From NCBI GenBank assembly GCA_050950825.1, contig JBMNIH010000004.1, forward strand, positions 128,001-192,000: DNA of 64,000 nt, in the 5' to 3' direction. Below the pieces are notes generated by a model that worked only from the letters and a program-made list of their open reading frames with translations, did no database searches and was not told the origin of the DNA. This document shows, one piece after another, positions 51,891 to 62,076 of this stretch; the first letter of the stretch is position 1, and each line of letters opens with the position of its first letter. The position numbers and the translations under genes were made by a program. Source of the stretch: Clostridia bacterium. GTDB lineage: Bacteria > Bacillota > Clostridia > JAAYHZ01.

Positions 51891-53720
51891 ATGAAAAGAA
51901 GCGTATTGATCCTTGTTTTAACGGCGGTTTTCCTTTTCGGGTTTACCGCTTGTAAGAAAGACGGCAATATCCAACAAGAAAGCAGGGTTACTTTACCTCA
52001 AATGACTTTACCGTCTCAAACCACCACATACGTCTTTACCCTTCCCGTGGTAACCACCACGACGACGGAAGAGACCGAGGAAGAAGATCCTTTCTCCGAA
52101 AAGATGACCATAACATGGTTGACGGGTACCGGCTCCTCCCATGAATACATCGACGGGCGATGGGACGAGTTGGAGCTTGAAGAAAAGTTTAATATCGACC
52201 TTGTCATGTGGAAGGTTTTCATTGATCCCGTTGATACGGAAGAGGTACAAATGATGCTGGCAGCCGGAGATGTTCCGGATTACGGATTCTACTATGCCGA
52301 CGCCAAGGAATTATACGAAGCCGGAATGATCCGAACGATTCCGGTAAGACTGATGGAAAAGTACTACCCGAGCTATTACCAAAGGCTTTTGGATGAGCCC
52401 CTCGGGTTCGATTTGAACAAAGCCGACAGAGCCGGTGAGTTCTACGGTTTTACGTCTTTTTCTTGCTTGGCTTATTATTCGGAGACGGTGCCTTTATGGA
52501 GGCTGGACTGGCTTCAAAAATACAATTACCGGATGTACAATTTGACTCCCGTTAAATCTTGGGCATATCCGCAGTACGAGAAAAATCTTTATTTTTCGAA
52601 CATTAAGTTTACGGAAGAAGACGTAAAAGAAATTTTCCGTGCCTTTACGGAAGACGATCCGGACGGAAACGGCATTGACGATACCTACGGATCGGTATAT
52701 GCAGGCCCCGACCGTAACGTATATGATTTTTACGCCATGTTCGGTTTTGATTCGGATGAAAATTTCTTTTACTTGAACAAAGAAACCGGCGACTATGTAC
52801 CCTATTTTGCCTATTCCGGCTACCGAGAAGCCTTAAAATTTCTAACCCAAATGCTGGACAGAGGATTCATGAGAAGAATCCCTGAAAACGGGAATACGGA
52901 GGAACAGCTTAACGCCTTGTGGGCGTCGGGGAAAATAGGGTTTATGAATGCTTTTTCCGGCTCCTCCATATTAGGCTATCATGAAAAAGCCGCCGAAAGA
53001 CCGCCTCTATCCATTTTAAAATCCGACCCTAACGCTACATTCGTAGTCACGCCGCCTCCGGGAAGAGAAGGAAAGCTGAAGTCTTACCGGGTCTTCAACT
53101 GGGACCCGGAGCATACTTATATCGTGGGAGCCCAAGTTTCCGATGAAAAGCTGATCAGGCTGATGCAGCTGCTGGAATATGCTTACTTCGGAGAGGATTG
53201 GCTAAGGTATAGGTTCGGGCTGGAAGGGGTGCACTATGTATGGGCCGGAGAGCCTTACGTAAGCCCCATGATCTTGGACAGCCCGGAAAATATCCCGCCG
53301 AAATATGCGGGACTGGGAACTTCCGTTTTCGGGCAATTCGGCAACATCCATTTTGTGCCCGACATTAAAGCCTATTTCGGCTACGATGCCTTTACGAGCC
53401 AAATGGCAAACTATTTCGAACAGTACAACGCCGGAGGCTATTACGCAAGCAATTTATGGATCCGACCTGCCAAATACTATTCGGAGTACACCGTACCTTC
53501 GGTCTTGTACGATCGATTCCGTGCGGTGAAAGAACGGACCTACGAAAATATCCAGGCGGTTCATGAAAATTTCTTAGCGAAGGTTTTTGCCGGAGAAATC
53601 CTTCATATGGATAACGAATGGAAGGATTACATCAATGAAATCTACAATGCCGGCTTGAAAGAATGGACGGACATTTGGAACAGCAAACAGATCGACACTT
53701 TTGATCGATACGGTCAGTAA
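51891..53720 (+). CDS. Extracellular solute-binding lipoprotein (paralogue of 48894-50765)
   Basis: Lipobox FTAC, Thr-rich linker, DGRWDELELEE, AFTEDDPDGNG, QVSDEK, GLEGVHY.WAGEPY. Confidence 0.8.
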   Translation: MKRSVLILVLTAVFLFGFTACKKDGNIQQESRVTLPQMTLPSQTTTYVFTLPVVTTTTTEETEEEDPFSEKMTITWLTGTGSSHEYIDGRWDELELEEKFNIDLVMWKVFIDPVDTEEVQMMLAAGDVPDYGFYYADAKELYEAGMIRTIPVRLMEKYYPSYYQRLLDEPLGFDLNKADRAGEFYGFTSFSCLAYYSETVPLWRLDWLQKYNYRMYNLTPVKSWAYPQYEKNLYFSNIKFTEEDVKEIFRAFTEDDPDGNGIDDTYGSVYAGPDRNVYDFYAMFGFDSDENFFYLNKETGDYVPYFAYSGYREALKFLTQMLDRGFMRRIPENGNTEEQLNALWASGKIGFMNAFSGSSILGYHEKAAERPPLSILKSDPNATFVVTPPPGREGKLKSYRVFNWDPEHTYIVGAQVSDEKLIRLMQLLEYAYFGEDWLRYRFGLEGVHYVWAGEPYVSPMILDSPENIPPKYAGLGTSVFGQFGNIHFVPDIKAYFGYDAFTSQMANYFEQYNAGGYYASNLWIRPAKYYSEYTVPSVLYDRFRAVKERTYENIQAVHENFLAKVFAGEILHMDNEWKDYINEIYNAGLKEWTDIWNSKQIDTFDRYGQ

Positions 53721-53741
53721 TTATAAGGACGGTGCCGACCT

Positions 53742-54665
53742 ATGGTTGAGGGACTTTATCAAGAAAGCATCGTAAAGATTGAAGAGGATCTTTTCAGTAT
53801 TCTTTTGGACTGCAATTTTTACGGAGAGTCCATCGTAACACCCATGCATAATCATCCTGTCTTTGAAGTTCATTTTATCCAATCGGGAGATTATAGGGTT
53901 GAAACGGACCGAGTTAAGAAAATTCTTAAGAACAATACCTGCTGCGTGATTAAACCGAATACTTACCACTGTGTCTACACATCCGAGGATAGCGGAATCA
54001 AGCATAATTTCCGTTTTTCCTGCACAGCGCCGAATCCCCAATTGGACAGGATTCTACGATCATCCAAATGGAAAGACGATTTAATTATATACGAAGGGGT
54101 CGAAGACGAAATAAGGCTGGTGCGGCTTACGATTGCCGAGCTGGAGGAGAAGCCTTACGGGTACCTTACTTCCGTTCACAATTTGCTGTCCCTGCTTTTA
54201 TTAACCGTTATCCGTAAGATCACGGATATCAAAAAGCCGGATTTCGGCAATTTCGAGGAAAAGAACAAATCCTCTCGTAACAGCGCATTAATCGACCGCT
54301 ATATCTATTTTAACTACACCAAAAATATCGGCTTGCCGGATATCGCAAGATACTTAAAAATCAGCGAAAGACAGGTAAACCGAATATTTATACAGCTTTA
54401 CGGGCTGACTTTTAAGAAAAAGATCGCCCAAATGCGGATTGTTACGGCAAAAAACATGCTTTTGCAATACCCGAATATTTCAATTACGGAGATTGCCCAA
54501 ACCGTGGGCTATAACGATCCGTATTACTTTAACGCCGTGTTTAAAAAATCCGTCGGTATGACGCCGGCCCAATTCCGAAAAAATGCGTTTGGAAATGAAG
54601 AAAAGGAAAGGATTTTTCCGCTTCCTCGGCATTGCCACCGTATTACGGATAAAGATAGAGAATAG
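53742..54665 (+). CDS. AraC-family transcriptional regulator
   Basis: Cupin MHNHPVFEVH; C-terminal ISERQVNRIF and SITEIAQTVGYNDPYYFNAVFKKSVGMTPAQFR. Confidence 0.93.
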   Translation: MVEGLYQESIVKIEEDLFSILLDCNFYGESIVTPMHNHPVFEVHFIQSGDYRVETDRVKKILKNNTCCVIKPNTYHCVYTSEDSGIKHNFRFSCTAPNPQLDRILRSSKWKDDLIIYEGVEDEIRLVRLTIAELEEKPYGYLTSVHNLLSLLLLTVIRKITDIKKPDFGNFEEKNKSSRNSALIDRYIYFNYTKNIGLPDIARYLKISERQVNRIFIQLYGLTFKKKIAQMRIVTAKNMLLQYPNISITEIAQTVGYNDPYYFNAVFKKSVGMTPAQFRKNAFGNEEKERIFPLPRHCHRITDKDRE

Positions 54666-54765
54666 CAAGGGTCTATTCTTATCGACAAACGGTATTTATA
54701 AACAAAATACGGATGAAAACATAGGATAAAACCATGTAATGCCGGTATTTGGCGGAATACGACCT

Positions 54766-54924
54766 TTGACCTTTCCGCTTATCTAGTGTATAGTTCCAAC
54801 GTCTACATAGTATTTCTATACTTTTTCTTTCTAACGTATTTTTTTGTTTTTTTATTATTTTTCTTTCGGTTTAAATTTCCTAAAGGTCCAAGCCGATAAA
54901 ATCCGGTTTGGACCGAATTTTTTC
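54766..54924 (+). ncRNA. Candidate U-rich small RNA or attenuated leader
   Basis: TTGACC(54766)-N17-TATAGT(54789); U-rich body; hairpin GGTCCAAGCCG/CGGTTTGGACC at 54885-54914 plus T tract. Confidence 0.35.
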
Positions 54925-54931
54925 TCCGTGA

Positions 54932-54960
54932 TTGACTTAATTATTTTAAAATATTATGAT
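54932..54960 (+). promoter_or_regulatory. Sigma-A promoter of the DegT gene
   Basis: TTGACT-N17-TATGAT. Confidence 0.65.
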
Positions 54961-55025
54961 ATTGTCCGGTGTAACAGCACCGGTTATACGGCACAAAAAA
55001 ATATTTTAGAATCGGGAAACGATAA

Positions 55026-56141
55026 ATGGGTAATGAAAAAAGAATCTACCTTACTTCTCCTCACATGAGCGAAGAAGGATATGAAATGGAATATGTCAAG
55101 GAAGCCTTTGACACCAATTGGATCGCTCCGCTGGGAAAGAATATTGATGAATTCGAAAATGAAATCAAACAAAAAACGGGAACTCCCAACGCGGTGGCTT
55201 TAATCTCCGGAACGGCGGCGCTCCATATGGCCTTAAAGGTATGCGGGGTCGGTCCCGGAGACGTTGTCTTGTGTCCTAGCTTTACTTTTTCCGCAACCGC
55301 CAATCCGATCATTTACCAAGGTGCTTCTCCCGTATTTATTGACAGCGACATAAAATCGTGGAACATGGATCCGGTCGTTTTGGAAAAAGCCATAAAAGAA
55401 TATCGTCCGAAAGCGGTCATTGCGGTCCACTTGTACGGTTTGGCTGCGGAAATGGATGAAATTTTGCATCTATGCAAAAAACATCACGTAACCTTGATTG
55501 AGGATGCCGCCGAAAGCCTGGGCACCCTGTACAAGGGAATCCATACCGGCACCCTAGGCGACTTGGGTATATACAGCTTCAACGGTAACAAAATCATCAC
55601 CACTTCGGGAGGCGGCATGCTGATCGGAAAGGATCGGGAGCAAATCGAGAAGGTGCGTTTTTGGGCAACCCAGAGCAGAGACGAAGCGCCTTATTACCAG
55701 CACAGCGAATTGGGATTCAACTACCGTATGAGCAACATTATAGCCGGAATCGGCCGCGGGCAGCTTAAGGTGCTGGACCGACGGATTCAAAAGAAAAAAG
55801 AGATCTTTGAGTATTATAAAAAGCATCTTGCCGACCTGGACGGACTGGAAATGATGCCCGTAATCGATGGATGCAGCCCGAACTATTGGTTAAGCTGCAT
55901 TTATGTAACGGGTAAAATTCGCCCTTCGCATATTATAGAGGCGTTAGGAGAGAACAATATAGAAGCCCGCTACACGTGGAAGCCCATGCATTTGCAGCCT
56001 TATTTTTCGAAATACGAATTCATAGGGGAGGGCGTTTGCGAAAAAATCTTTGAAAACGGACTTTGCCTTCCTTCCGACACGAAATGCACGGAAGAAGATT
56101 TGGAACGCATCGTCCGTATTATACGAAGCTTATGGCGATAG
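55026..56141 (+). CDS. DegT-family sugar aminotransferase (EpsN/PglE-like)
   Basis: YLTSPHM, NWIAPLG, SGTAALH, IEDAAESLG, SFNGNKIITTSGGG, GFNYRMSN, WKPMH.QP, GLCLPS. Confidence 0.92.
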   Translation: MGNEKRIYLTSPHMSEEGYEMEYVKEAFDTNWIAPLGKNIDEFENEIKQKTGTPNAVALISGTAALHMALKVCGVGPGDVVLCPSFTFSATANPIIYQGASPVFIDSDIKSWNMDPVVLEKAIKEYRPKAVIAVHLYGLAAEMDEILHLCKKHHVTLIEDAAESLGTLYKGIHTGTLGDLGIYSFNGNKIITTSGGGMLIGKDREQIEKVRFWATQSRDEAPYYQHSELGFNYRMSNIIAGIGRGQLKVLDRRIQKKKEIFEYYKKHLADLDGLEMMPVIDGCSPNYWLSCIYVTGKIRPSHIIEALGENNIEARYTWKPMHLQPYFSKYEFIGEGVCEKIFENGLCLPSDTKCTEEDLERIVRIIRSLWR

Positions 56142-56165
56142 GTACCTTTGAAAAAAACAATCCTT

Positions 56166-58122
56166 GATTCTACTGCAAAAACTCAAGTAAATCTATACAT
56201 TTTATGTACCTAGAAAATTTCATAAAAGGCTCTTAAAAAGCCTCGAAACACTTGAAAACACTAGACTTGAGACAGGTTTTATGGTAAAATAGATATGTTT
56301 CATTAATCCATATTTTGAATTTTCCGGAGATATATTTTATGTTCAGAGCAAACGATTCACATAAACAACAACCGATTTTCTCAAGTCTCGATTGGATGCA
56401 TGAAAAAGCACGCGAAAGATTTAAAAAATCTTGGGCACCTGTATTCTATGAACATGTATTTTGCCATATCAACGAAGAACCTTTTGCGAAATTGTACAGC
56501 AAGACAGGCAGACCGAATACACCTGTGAATATATTGCTGTCTTTGGAATATATCAAGTATATGAAAGATCTGAATGATCAAGATCTTTTGGATTCCCTAT
56601 ATCTTGATTATCAAACGACTTATGCCGTCGGAGGGAAAACGCTTGGCGAGATTTACATATCGGAAAGAACGCTGTATTACTTTCGGGAAAGAGTATATGA
56701 ATATTTGACGGAGCATCCCGAGGACGAAAACCTCTTATTCGGTCAATTCATAGAGTTACTGAGGAATTTTGCGAAACTGACGGGAACCTCGCTCGACGAA
56801 CAAAGAACCGATACGACCATGTTCGTAAGCAATATCAAGAAAGCGGGTCGATTGGCATTGGCTTACGACGTATTGGAGAAAGGGGTAAAAGCCATTCCGA
56901 AAGAACAAAGACCCGAATCAATGGGGAAGGTTCTTGAAAAGGATTTCAAAACCGAAATGCTGCATAAGGTAAGAACCGTCGATACGGAAAGCAGGCTTAC
57001 GACGCTTTTGTCTATGAGCGCGGAAGCTCTCAAGATATTGAAGGAACTGCCCGACAAGAAAGAATCGGACGAAGTTCGCATACTGGAACGGTTCATCAAA
57101 GAACAGTCGGAGACCGATGAAAACGGTAACCTTGTACCGAAGAAGAGCAAAGAAATCTCGTCCGATTCGCTTCAATCCGCCTATGACGAGGACGCCACCT
57201 ATCGAAAGAAAGGCAATAAAGGGCAAAGCGGCTATGTACTTGAGGTATCGGAAACCTGCTCGAAAGACAACAAAGTTCAATTGATTACCGATTACGCCGT
57301 TAAGCCCAACGTTGTAAGCGACAAAGAAATATTAAGCGGGCGAATCCGAAAGGTCAAAGAAAACACCGGATGTACCGACATGTACATAGACGGAGGTTTT
57401 CACTCGGAAGATGTATACAAAGCCGCGGAAGCCAATGATGTCCAAATCCATTTGACGGACATGTGCGGACGGAAGCCGTCGGACAAGATCTCGGTGAGTG
57501 AGTTTGAAATAAAAGAAGAAACGGGACTGATTGAAAAATGCCCTGCGGGTCATATGCCTTTCCGATCGGTTAGAGCGAAAGGACAATTGGTGGCATACTT
57601 CGAAAAAGATGTTTGTCTGCAATGCGAGCATTTTAACAGATGCTACAGCAAACAACAAAGCAAAAACAGTGTGGTGAGAATCAGCGAAAAAGCCGTCGAA
57701 TCCGCAAAGAAACGAGTAGAAATAGCCACTTGCAGGAAGGAAAACGTTAGTAAGAGAGCGGGAATCGAAGGAACCGTTTCGGCGTTGAAACGCACAGGAC
57801 TGAATAATATGAAGGTACGCGGTTTGATTAAATCAACCGTTGTATGCGGATTCTTATCAATGGCGCAGAACATAAAACGAGTTATCAAATTTTTGCAAGG
57901 CGGATATGCAAAAGTAACAACTTGACAAACAAAAGGGATTATTGTGCCTTTTATTAGGCAAAAGGTAAAAAACATATGAAAACTACCTCGATTTGATATC
58001 GAATCGAGGTAGCTGATACCCAAATTCGGGACGTTTATCGCAATTGAATACCATAAATTGGATTTTATTATGTCATTAGTGTAATTTTACGAGCGTAAGA
58101 ATGATCTTTTTGCAGTAGAATC
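56166..58122 (+). mobile_element. Complete insertion sequence (IS1182/IS5-like DDE type), 1957 bp
   Basis: Perfect 16-bp terminal IRs GATTCTACTGCAAAAA (56166) and TTTTTGCAGTAGAATC (58107-58122); 6-bp direct repeat ATCCTT at 56160-56165 and 58123-58128. Confidence 0.92.
56339..57925 (+). CDS. Transposase (DUF772-like N-terminus plus DDE_Tnp_1_6-like domain)
   Basis: GRPNTP, RTDTT, QSAYDEDATYRKK, YIDGGF, CPAGH, CLQC..C, RAGIEGTVS.LKR, AQNIKR. Confidence 0.9.
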   Translation: MFRANDSHKQQPIFSSLDWMHEKARERFKKSWAPVFYEHVFCHINEEPFAKLYSKTGRPNTPVNILLSLEYIKYMKDLNDQDLLDSLYLDYQTTYAVGGKTLGEIYISERTLYYFRERVYEYLTEHPEDENLLFGQFIELLRNFAKLTGTSLDEQRTDTTMFVSNIKKAGRLALAYDVLEKGVKAIPKEQRPESMGKVLEKDFKTEMLHKVRTVDTESRLTTLLSMSAEALKILKELPDKKESDEVRILERFIKEQSETDENGNLVPKKSKEISSDSLQSAYDEDATYRKKGNKGQSGYVLEVSETCSKDNKVQLITDYAVKPNVVSDKEILSGRIRKVKENTGCTDMYIDGGFHSEDVYKAAEANDVQIHLTDMCGRKPSDKISVSEFEIKEETGLIEKCPAGHMPFRSVRAKGQLVAYFEKDVCLQCEHFNRCYSKQQSKNSVVRISEKAVESAKKRVEIATCRKENVSKRAGIEGTVSALKRTGLNNMKVRGLIKSTVVCGFLSMAQNIKRVIKFLQGGYAKVTT

Positions 58123-58307
58123 ATCCTTTGATTTTGAAGGGGTTGTTTTTTAGTTTATCGAAAAATAAACGATAAATATGGCGAAAAAGTTTACTTTTAA
58201 CGATATTGATAAGCATTGCGTAATGGATACATAAGTTATACAATATGAATGTGTTTTGTTAATCGAAAATATAGATGAACTTGCATCATTAGTTTAGGTG
58301 GAGGAAC

Positions 58308-60494
58308 TTGGGTTTTTTAATGAATAATTTGTTTGTTTCGTTAATATTAAACACTTTGCCTTACGCCGTATGGGTAAGCGACGAATACTCGAAGGTTATA
58401 TTAACGAACACGGTATTTAACGAATTGATCGGTGAAATCGCCGAGAATATTAAGGTCGACGACCTTTTATCCTATATCCATCCCGAAGATCTCGAAGGCT
58501 TTCGAAAAGTAAGGGATACGGCTCGCAATAATCGCGAAGCCTATCAATACGCTTTACGATTACAAAAACCCGGAGGTGGGTACGTTTGGTACCATGTTAC
58601 CGGGAATCCCATGCACAACTCGGAAGGATCTTTTTGCGGATACATCGGAACCTTTACCGAAATTCCGTTCTATGTACCGGATTTCATAGAAGAACTGTAT
58701 TTGGAAGATGTCATAAATACCGTTTTTAAGAACGGGGATATCGGTGTTCTTATAATCAACCGAGACGGATATATAACCGACTGCAGCAAGCACTGTGAAT
58801 CCATAACCGGACGGTCGAAAAACCAATTGTGCGGTCATCAATGGTTTCGGTTCATCCACCCGGAAGATACGGCCGGCGAAATGGAAAACTTGGCCGACCT
58901 GATGCATATGGAAAAAAACAGCTACAGTTCGGTGCGCCGATATATAAAGCCGGATCAGTCGATCGTATGGATTGGTATTTTAGCCTTTCATGTAAAACAG
59001 AAGGATGAAGAAAAAGACAATAAAATAGCGGCTCTTGTCATTAAAGATATTTCTCCTTACATAAAAACAGCGGTTCAAACCGGTACCTTGGAACGATTTT
59101 TATCCGTGTTATGGTCGGATGTGCCCGGTATGATTTATCGATGCAATCCGGATTGGTCGATGAATTACGTTTCGGAGGGGTGCCAAAGGCTCACCGGATA
59201 TAACCGAAAGCTTTTTCTTCAATTCCGTCACTACTATTTCAATACGGTGGTGAACGAAGAGTATCGCGAGTATCTTCAAAAACGAAGAGAAGAAGCTATT
59301 CGGAAAAAGACAAGGTTTAAAGAGGAATATATGATCACCGCCGCATCCGGAAAGCAAAAATGGGTATACGAGCAAGCTTACGGTGTTTTCAATACCGACG
59401 GAGAATTGATCTATATCGACGGTGCCGTATCCGATATTACCGAAATGAAACAAAAAGAATACGAGTATATAAAAAGGCAATATCGGGATCCTTTAACCGG
59501 ATTGAATAACCGTCGGTTTCTTGAAGCGGCAGGAAGAAACTTAGATCGAAACGGTATCCTTCCCGTAGCGGTAGTGGTTGTGAAAATTGACGGAATACAG
59601 ATGGTAAAAGAAACCTTCGGACATAAGATGAGCGATGCCTTGTTGGTTTCTTTGTCCCGTATGTTAACCGACAATTTAAAAGACAAAGATAAGGATGTTT
59701 TGGCCATAATCGGTGAAGACGAATTCTGCATTTTGATGCCGGAGGCAGGCAGCGGCCAAGTATCGGATTACATCCGGCATGTGCGTACCCAATTAAAAAA
59801 GAGTAGAGAAGAAATCTTCAGCAATACCAACTTGATTACCGTCTATTTCGGCTACGATATCAAGAAGCAAGCCGATGAAACCATTGCGTCCGCGATTCAA
59901 AAGGCTCGTAAGAATATGTATGACCCCGACACCGATCTTTGCGTCCATACATTCCCGAAGGTGGTAAGCCGCCACCAAACATTTTCGTTTCCAAAGGATC
60001 GGGGCTTTCGAATGGTTCGGTGGTGCCGAAAAGTCGGTCAAAGGTTAAATTTAGACCCGGCGGATATGAACCGATTGGAGCTGCTGGCTTTGATTCAGAA
60101 TATCGGTTTGGCGTTGGTGAGCTCCTATATATTGTATAAGGCGGATAGGCTAACTCAAACGGAATGGGAGATGATTAAAAAACATCCGGAAGCCGGATAC
60201 CGAATTGCATTGTCTTCCCCCGAGCTGTCCGATGTCGCCGAGGAGGTTTTGTATCACCACGAATGGTGGAACGGAGACGGTTATCCGAAAGGCTTGAAGG
60301 GAGAAGAAATTCCCCTTTTGTCCCGTATTATTGCCGTTATTGACGCCTTCGACGCCATGATCAGCGACAGACCTTACCGTCCGGCTTTAACCAAAGAAGA
60401 AGCGCTGGAGGAATTGCGGAAAAACGCCGGAATTCGATTTGATCCTCGAATTGTAAAAATCTTTTTTGAAGCGATTCAAGAAGAATCGGACTGA
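58308..60494 (+). CDS. PAS-PAS-PAS-GGDEF-HD-GYP protein with degenerate catalytic motifs
   Basis: IHPED PAS repeats; DPLTGLNNRR, GEDEF; HP..GY, HHEWWNGDGYP.GLKGEEIP, DAFDAM..RPYR. Confidence 0.9.
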   Translation: MGFLMNNLFVSLILNTLPYAVWVSDEYSKVILTNTVFNELIGEIAENIKVDDLLSYIHPEDLEGFRKVRDTARNNREAYQYALRLQKPGGGYVWYHVTGNPMHNSEGSFCGYIGTFTEIPFYVPDFIEELYLEDVINTVFKNGDIGVLIINRDGYITDCSKHCESITGRSKNQLCGHQWFRFIHPEDTAGEMENLADLMHMEKNSYSSVRRYIKPDQSIVWIGILAFHVKQKDEEKDNKIAALVIKDISPYIKTAVQTGTLERFLSVLWSDVPGMIYRCNPDWSMNYVSEGCQRLTGYNRKLFLQFRHYYFNTVVNEEYREYLQKRREEAIRKKTRFKEEYMITAASGKQKWVYEQAYGVFNTDGELIYIDGAVSDITEMKQKEYEYIKRQYRDPLTGLNNRRFLEAAGRNLDRNGILPVAVVVVKIDGIQMVKETFGHKMSDALLVSLSRMLTDNLKDKDKDVLAIIGEDEFCILMPEAGSGQVSDYIRHVRTQLKKSREEIFSNTNLITVYFGYDIKKQADETIASAIQKARKNMYDPDTDLCVHTFPKVVSRHQTFSFPKDRGFRMVRWCRKVGQRLNLDPADMNRLELLALIQNIGLALVSSYILYKADRLTQTEWEMIKKHPEAGYRIALSSPELSDVAEEVLYHHEWWNGDGYPKGLKGEEIPLLSRIIAVIDAFDAMISDRPYRPALTKEEALEELRKNAGIRFDPRIVKIFFEAIQEESD

Positions 60495-60497
60495 AGC

Positions 60498-61502
60498 TTA
60501 TTTTCTTCGATAGATGATTTCTTGCAAAGCTTTACGATTTTTATCCAAGTCCGGCTTCAAAACCGACATTCCGCGTATGATTTCCGGTTTGTAGCCTCCT
60601 TCAACGGGGATACGATAGGTTTCCGGTTTGGAAAAATCAACGCTGAGAGCCTTTCCCGCCAAACGGAGTATTTCCGTATTGGTCATATCCGTTGTGACCA
60701 TAGGAAGGATATTGTTTAAAAGGTCGATGACCTTGACAGGGTTCATTTTTACGACCTTGTCGTAAGCGGCGGTCAAGATTTTTCTTTGTCGTTCGGTACG
60801 TTCGTAATCGGAATTGCCGACGGCTCGCAATCGGGCATAAATTAAGGCCATCCGTCCGTCCATGTGAACGACCCCCGCCTTTTCATATCCTAAGTAGCGA
60901 GCTTCTCTTTCGTTGATCTCAATGTCAATTCCGCCTATACGATTGACGGCTTCTTCGAAGGCTTTAAAGTCCACCTCGATATTGCCGTCTACCGGTATAT
61001 GAAAATTTTTCTCAATGGTTTCTTTTAATAAGCGCATTCCTCCCAATTGGTAAGAAAGATTTAGACGATTATCTTTATATCCCGGAATTTGAACATACAA
61101 ATCGCGCATGAAGGAGGTCAGCGAAATGGTACGGTCTTTCGTGTTGATGGTCGCTAAAATCATGGCATCGGATCGTCCTTTTTCTTTTCTATTTCTGCTG
61201 TCTTGGCCGATTAACATGATGTTGATAATGTCTTTGTTTGAAAAAATCGTGTCGGATTCCGAAGCGGTGCTTTCATAGATTTTCTCTTTTGGAGTCGTAA
61301 GCCTAAGCTCCTGTTTTTTTTCTTCGGTAATTTTCGCCGCTGATTTTTCATCTCCCGGCAGAGGGGTGTTTTCCGCTTGCCTTGTTATGGGGTCCGGCCG
61401 ATTGATTTTATCTAATAAACTGAAAACAAAGCCTACGGTAAAAACGCTTAAAAGCAAAATCGCAAATACGATGATTTTGAAAATTTTAAAGGCTTTATTC
61501 AT
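60498..61502 (-). CDS. LCP (LytR-CpsA-Psr) family protein
   Basis: N-terminal TM; NIMLIGQDSR, RSDAMI, SFMRDLYV, YARLR, SDYERTERQR. Confidence 0.93.
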   Translation of the reverse strand: MNKAFKIFKIIVFAILLLSVFTVGFVFSLLDKINRPDPITRQAENTPLPGDEKSAAKITEEKKQELRLTTPKEKIYESTASESDTIFSNKDIINIMLIGQDSRNRKEKGRSDAMILATINTKDRTISLTSFMRDLYVQIPGYKDNRLNLSYQLGGMRLLKETIEKNFHIPVDGNIEVDFKAFEEAVNRIGGIDIEINEREARYLGYEKAGVVHMDGRMALIYARLRAVGNSDYERTERQRKILTAAYDKVVKMNPVKVIDLLNNILPMVTTDMTNTEILRLAGKALSVDFSKPETYRIPVEGGYKPEIIRGMSVLKPDLDKNRKALQEIIYRRK

Positions 61503-61661
61503 CCTGTGAGCATCTCCTTTGTCATCAACAGCTTTTATTAGTATGATGCTTTTCAAAAGAAAATATCAGGGGCGCTTTTTTGAAAAGAAAAAGAAAGGCA
61601 AAGAGAAAGATCGTGATAAAACGGATATTTTCATCGATTGATTAATCCGGTGAATGAACGG

Positions 61662-61690
61662 TTGACAACAAGAAAGCGGCTGTTTACAAT
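61662..61690 (+). promoter_or_regulatory. Near-consensus sigma-A promoter
   Basis: TTGACA-N17-TACAAT upstream of the cupin gene. Confidence 0.75.
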
Positions 61691-61725
61691 GAAAAAAAGA
61701 TTGCATTGGAAAAATGAGGTGTGCC

Positions 61726-62076
61726 ATGATAAGAAGAGCGAATGAAAGAGTTACGGAAATTCGGGAGCAAATGCGGGGAGGAAAAGGAGCCGTCGAAATT
61801 TCTCCGCTGTTTGAAAAAGGGGAATACAAAGGCAAGGCCCGTTTAATTGCCCAAATTACGCTGAACCCCGGATGCTCCATCGGGGAACATGCTCATGAAG
61901 GGGAAGACGAAATTTATTTTTTCATAAGCGGAAAAGGTATTGTCAATGATAACGGTGTTATCCATGAGGTTACTGCCGGAGATTCCGTATTAACGGGGAA
62001 CGGTGCTTACCATTCCGTTGAAAATACCGGTGACGAACCTTTGGTATTAATGGCCGTTATTATTTTGTATGAATAG
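61726..62076 (+). CDS. Cupin-domain protein
   Basis: MRGGKG, PGCSIGEHAHEGEDEIY, G..HSVENTG. Confidence 0.9.
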   Translation: MIRRANERVTEIREQMRGGKGAVEISPLFEKGEYKGKARLIAQITLNPGCSIGEHAHEGEDEIYFFISGKGIVNDNGVIHEVTAGDSVLTGNGAYHSVENTGDEPLVLMAVIILYE

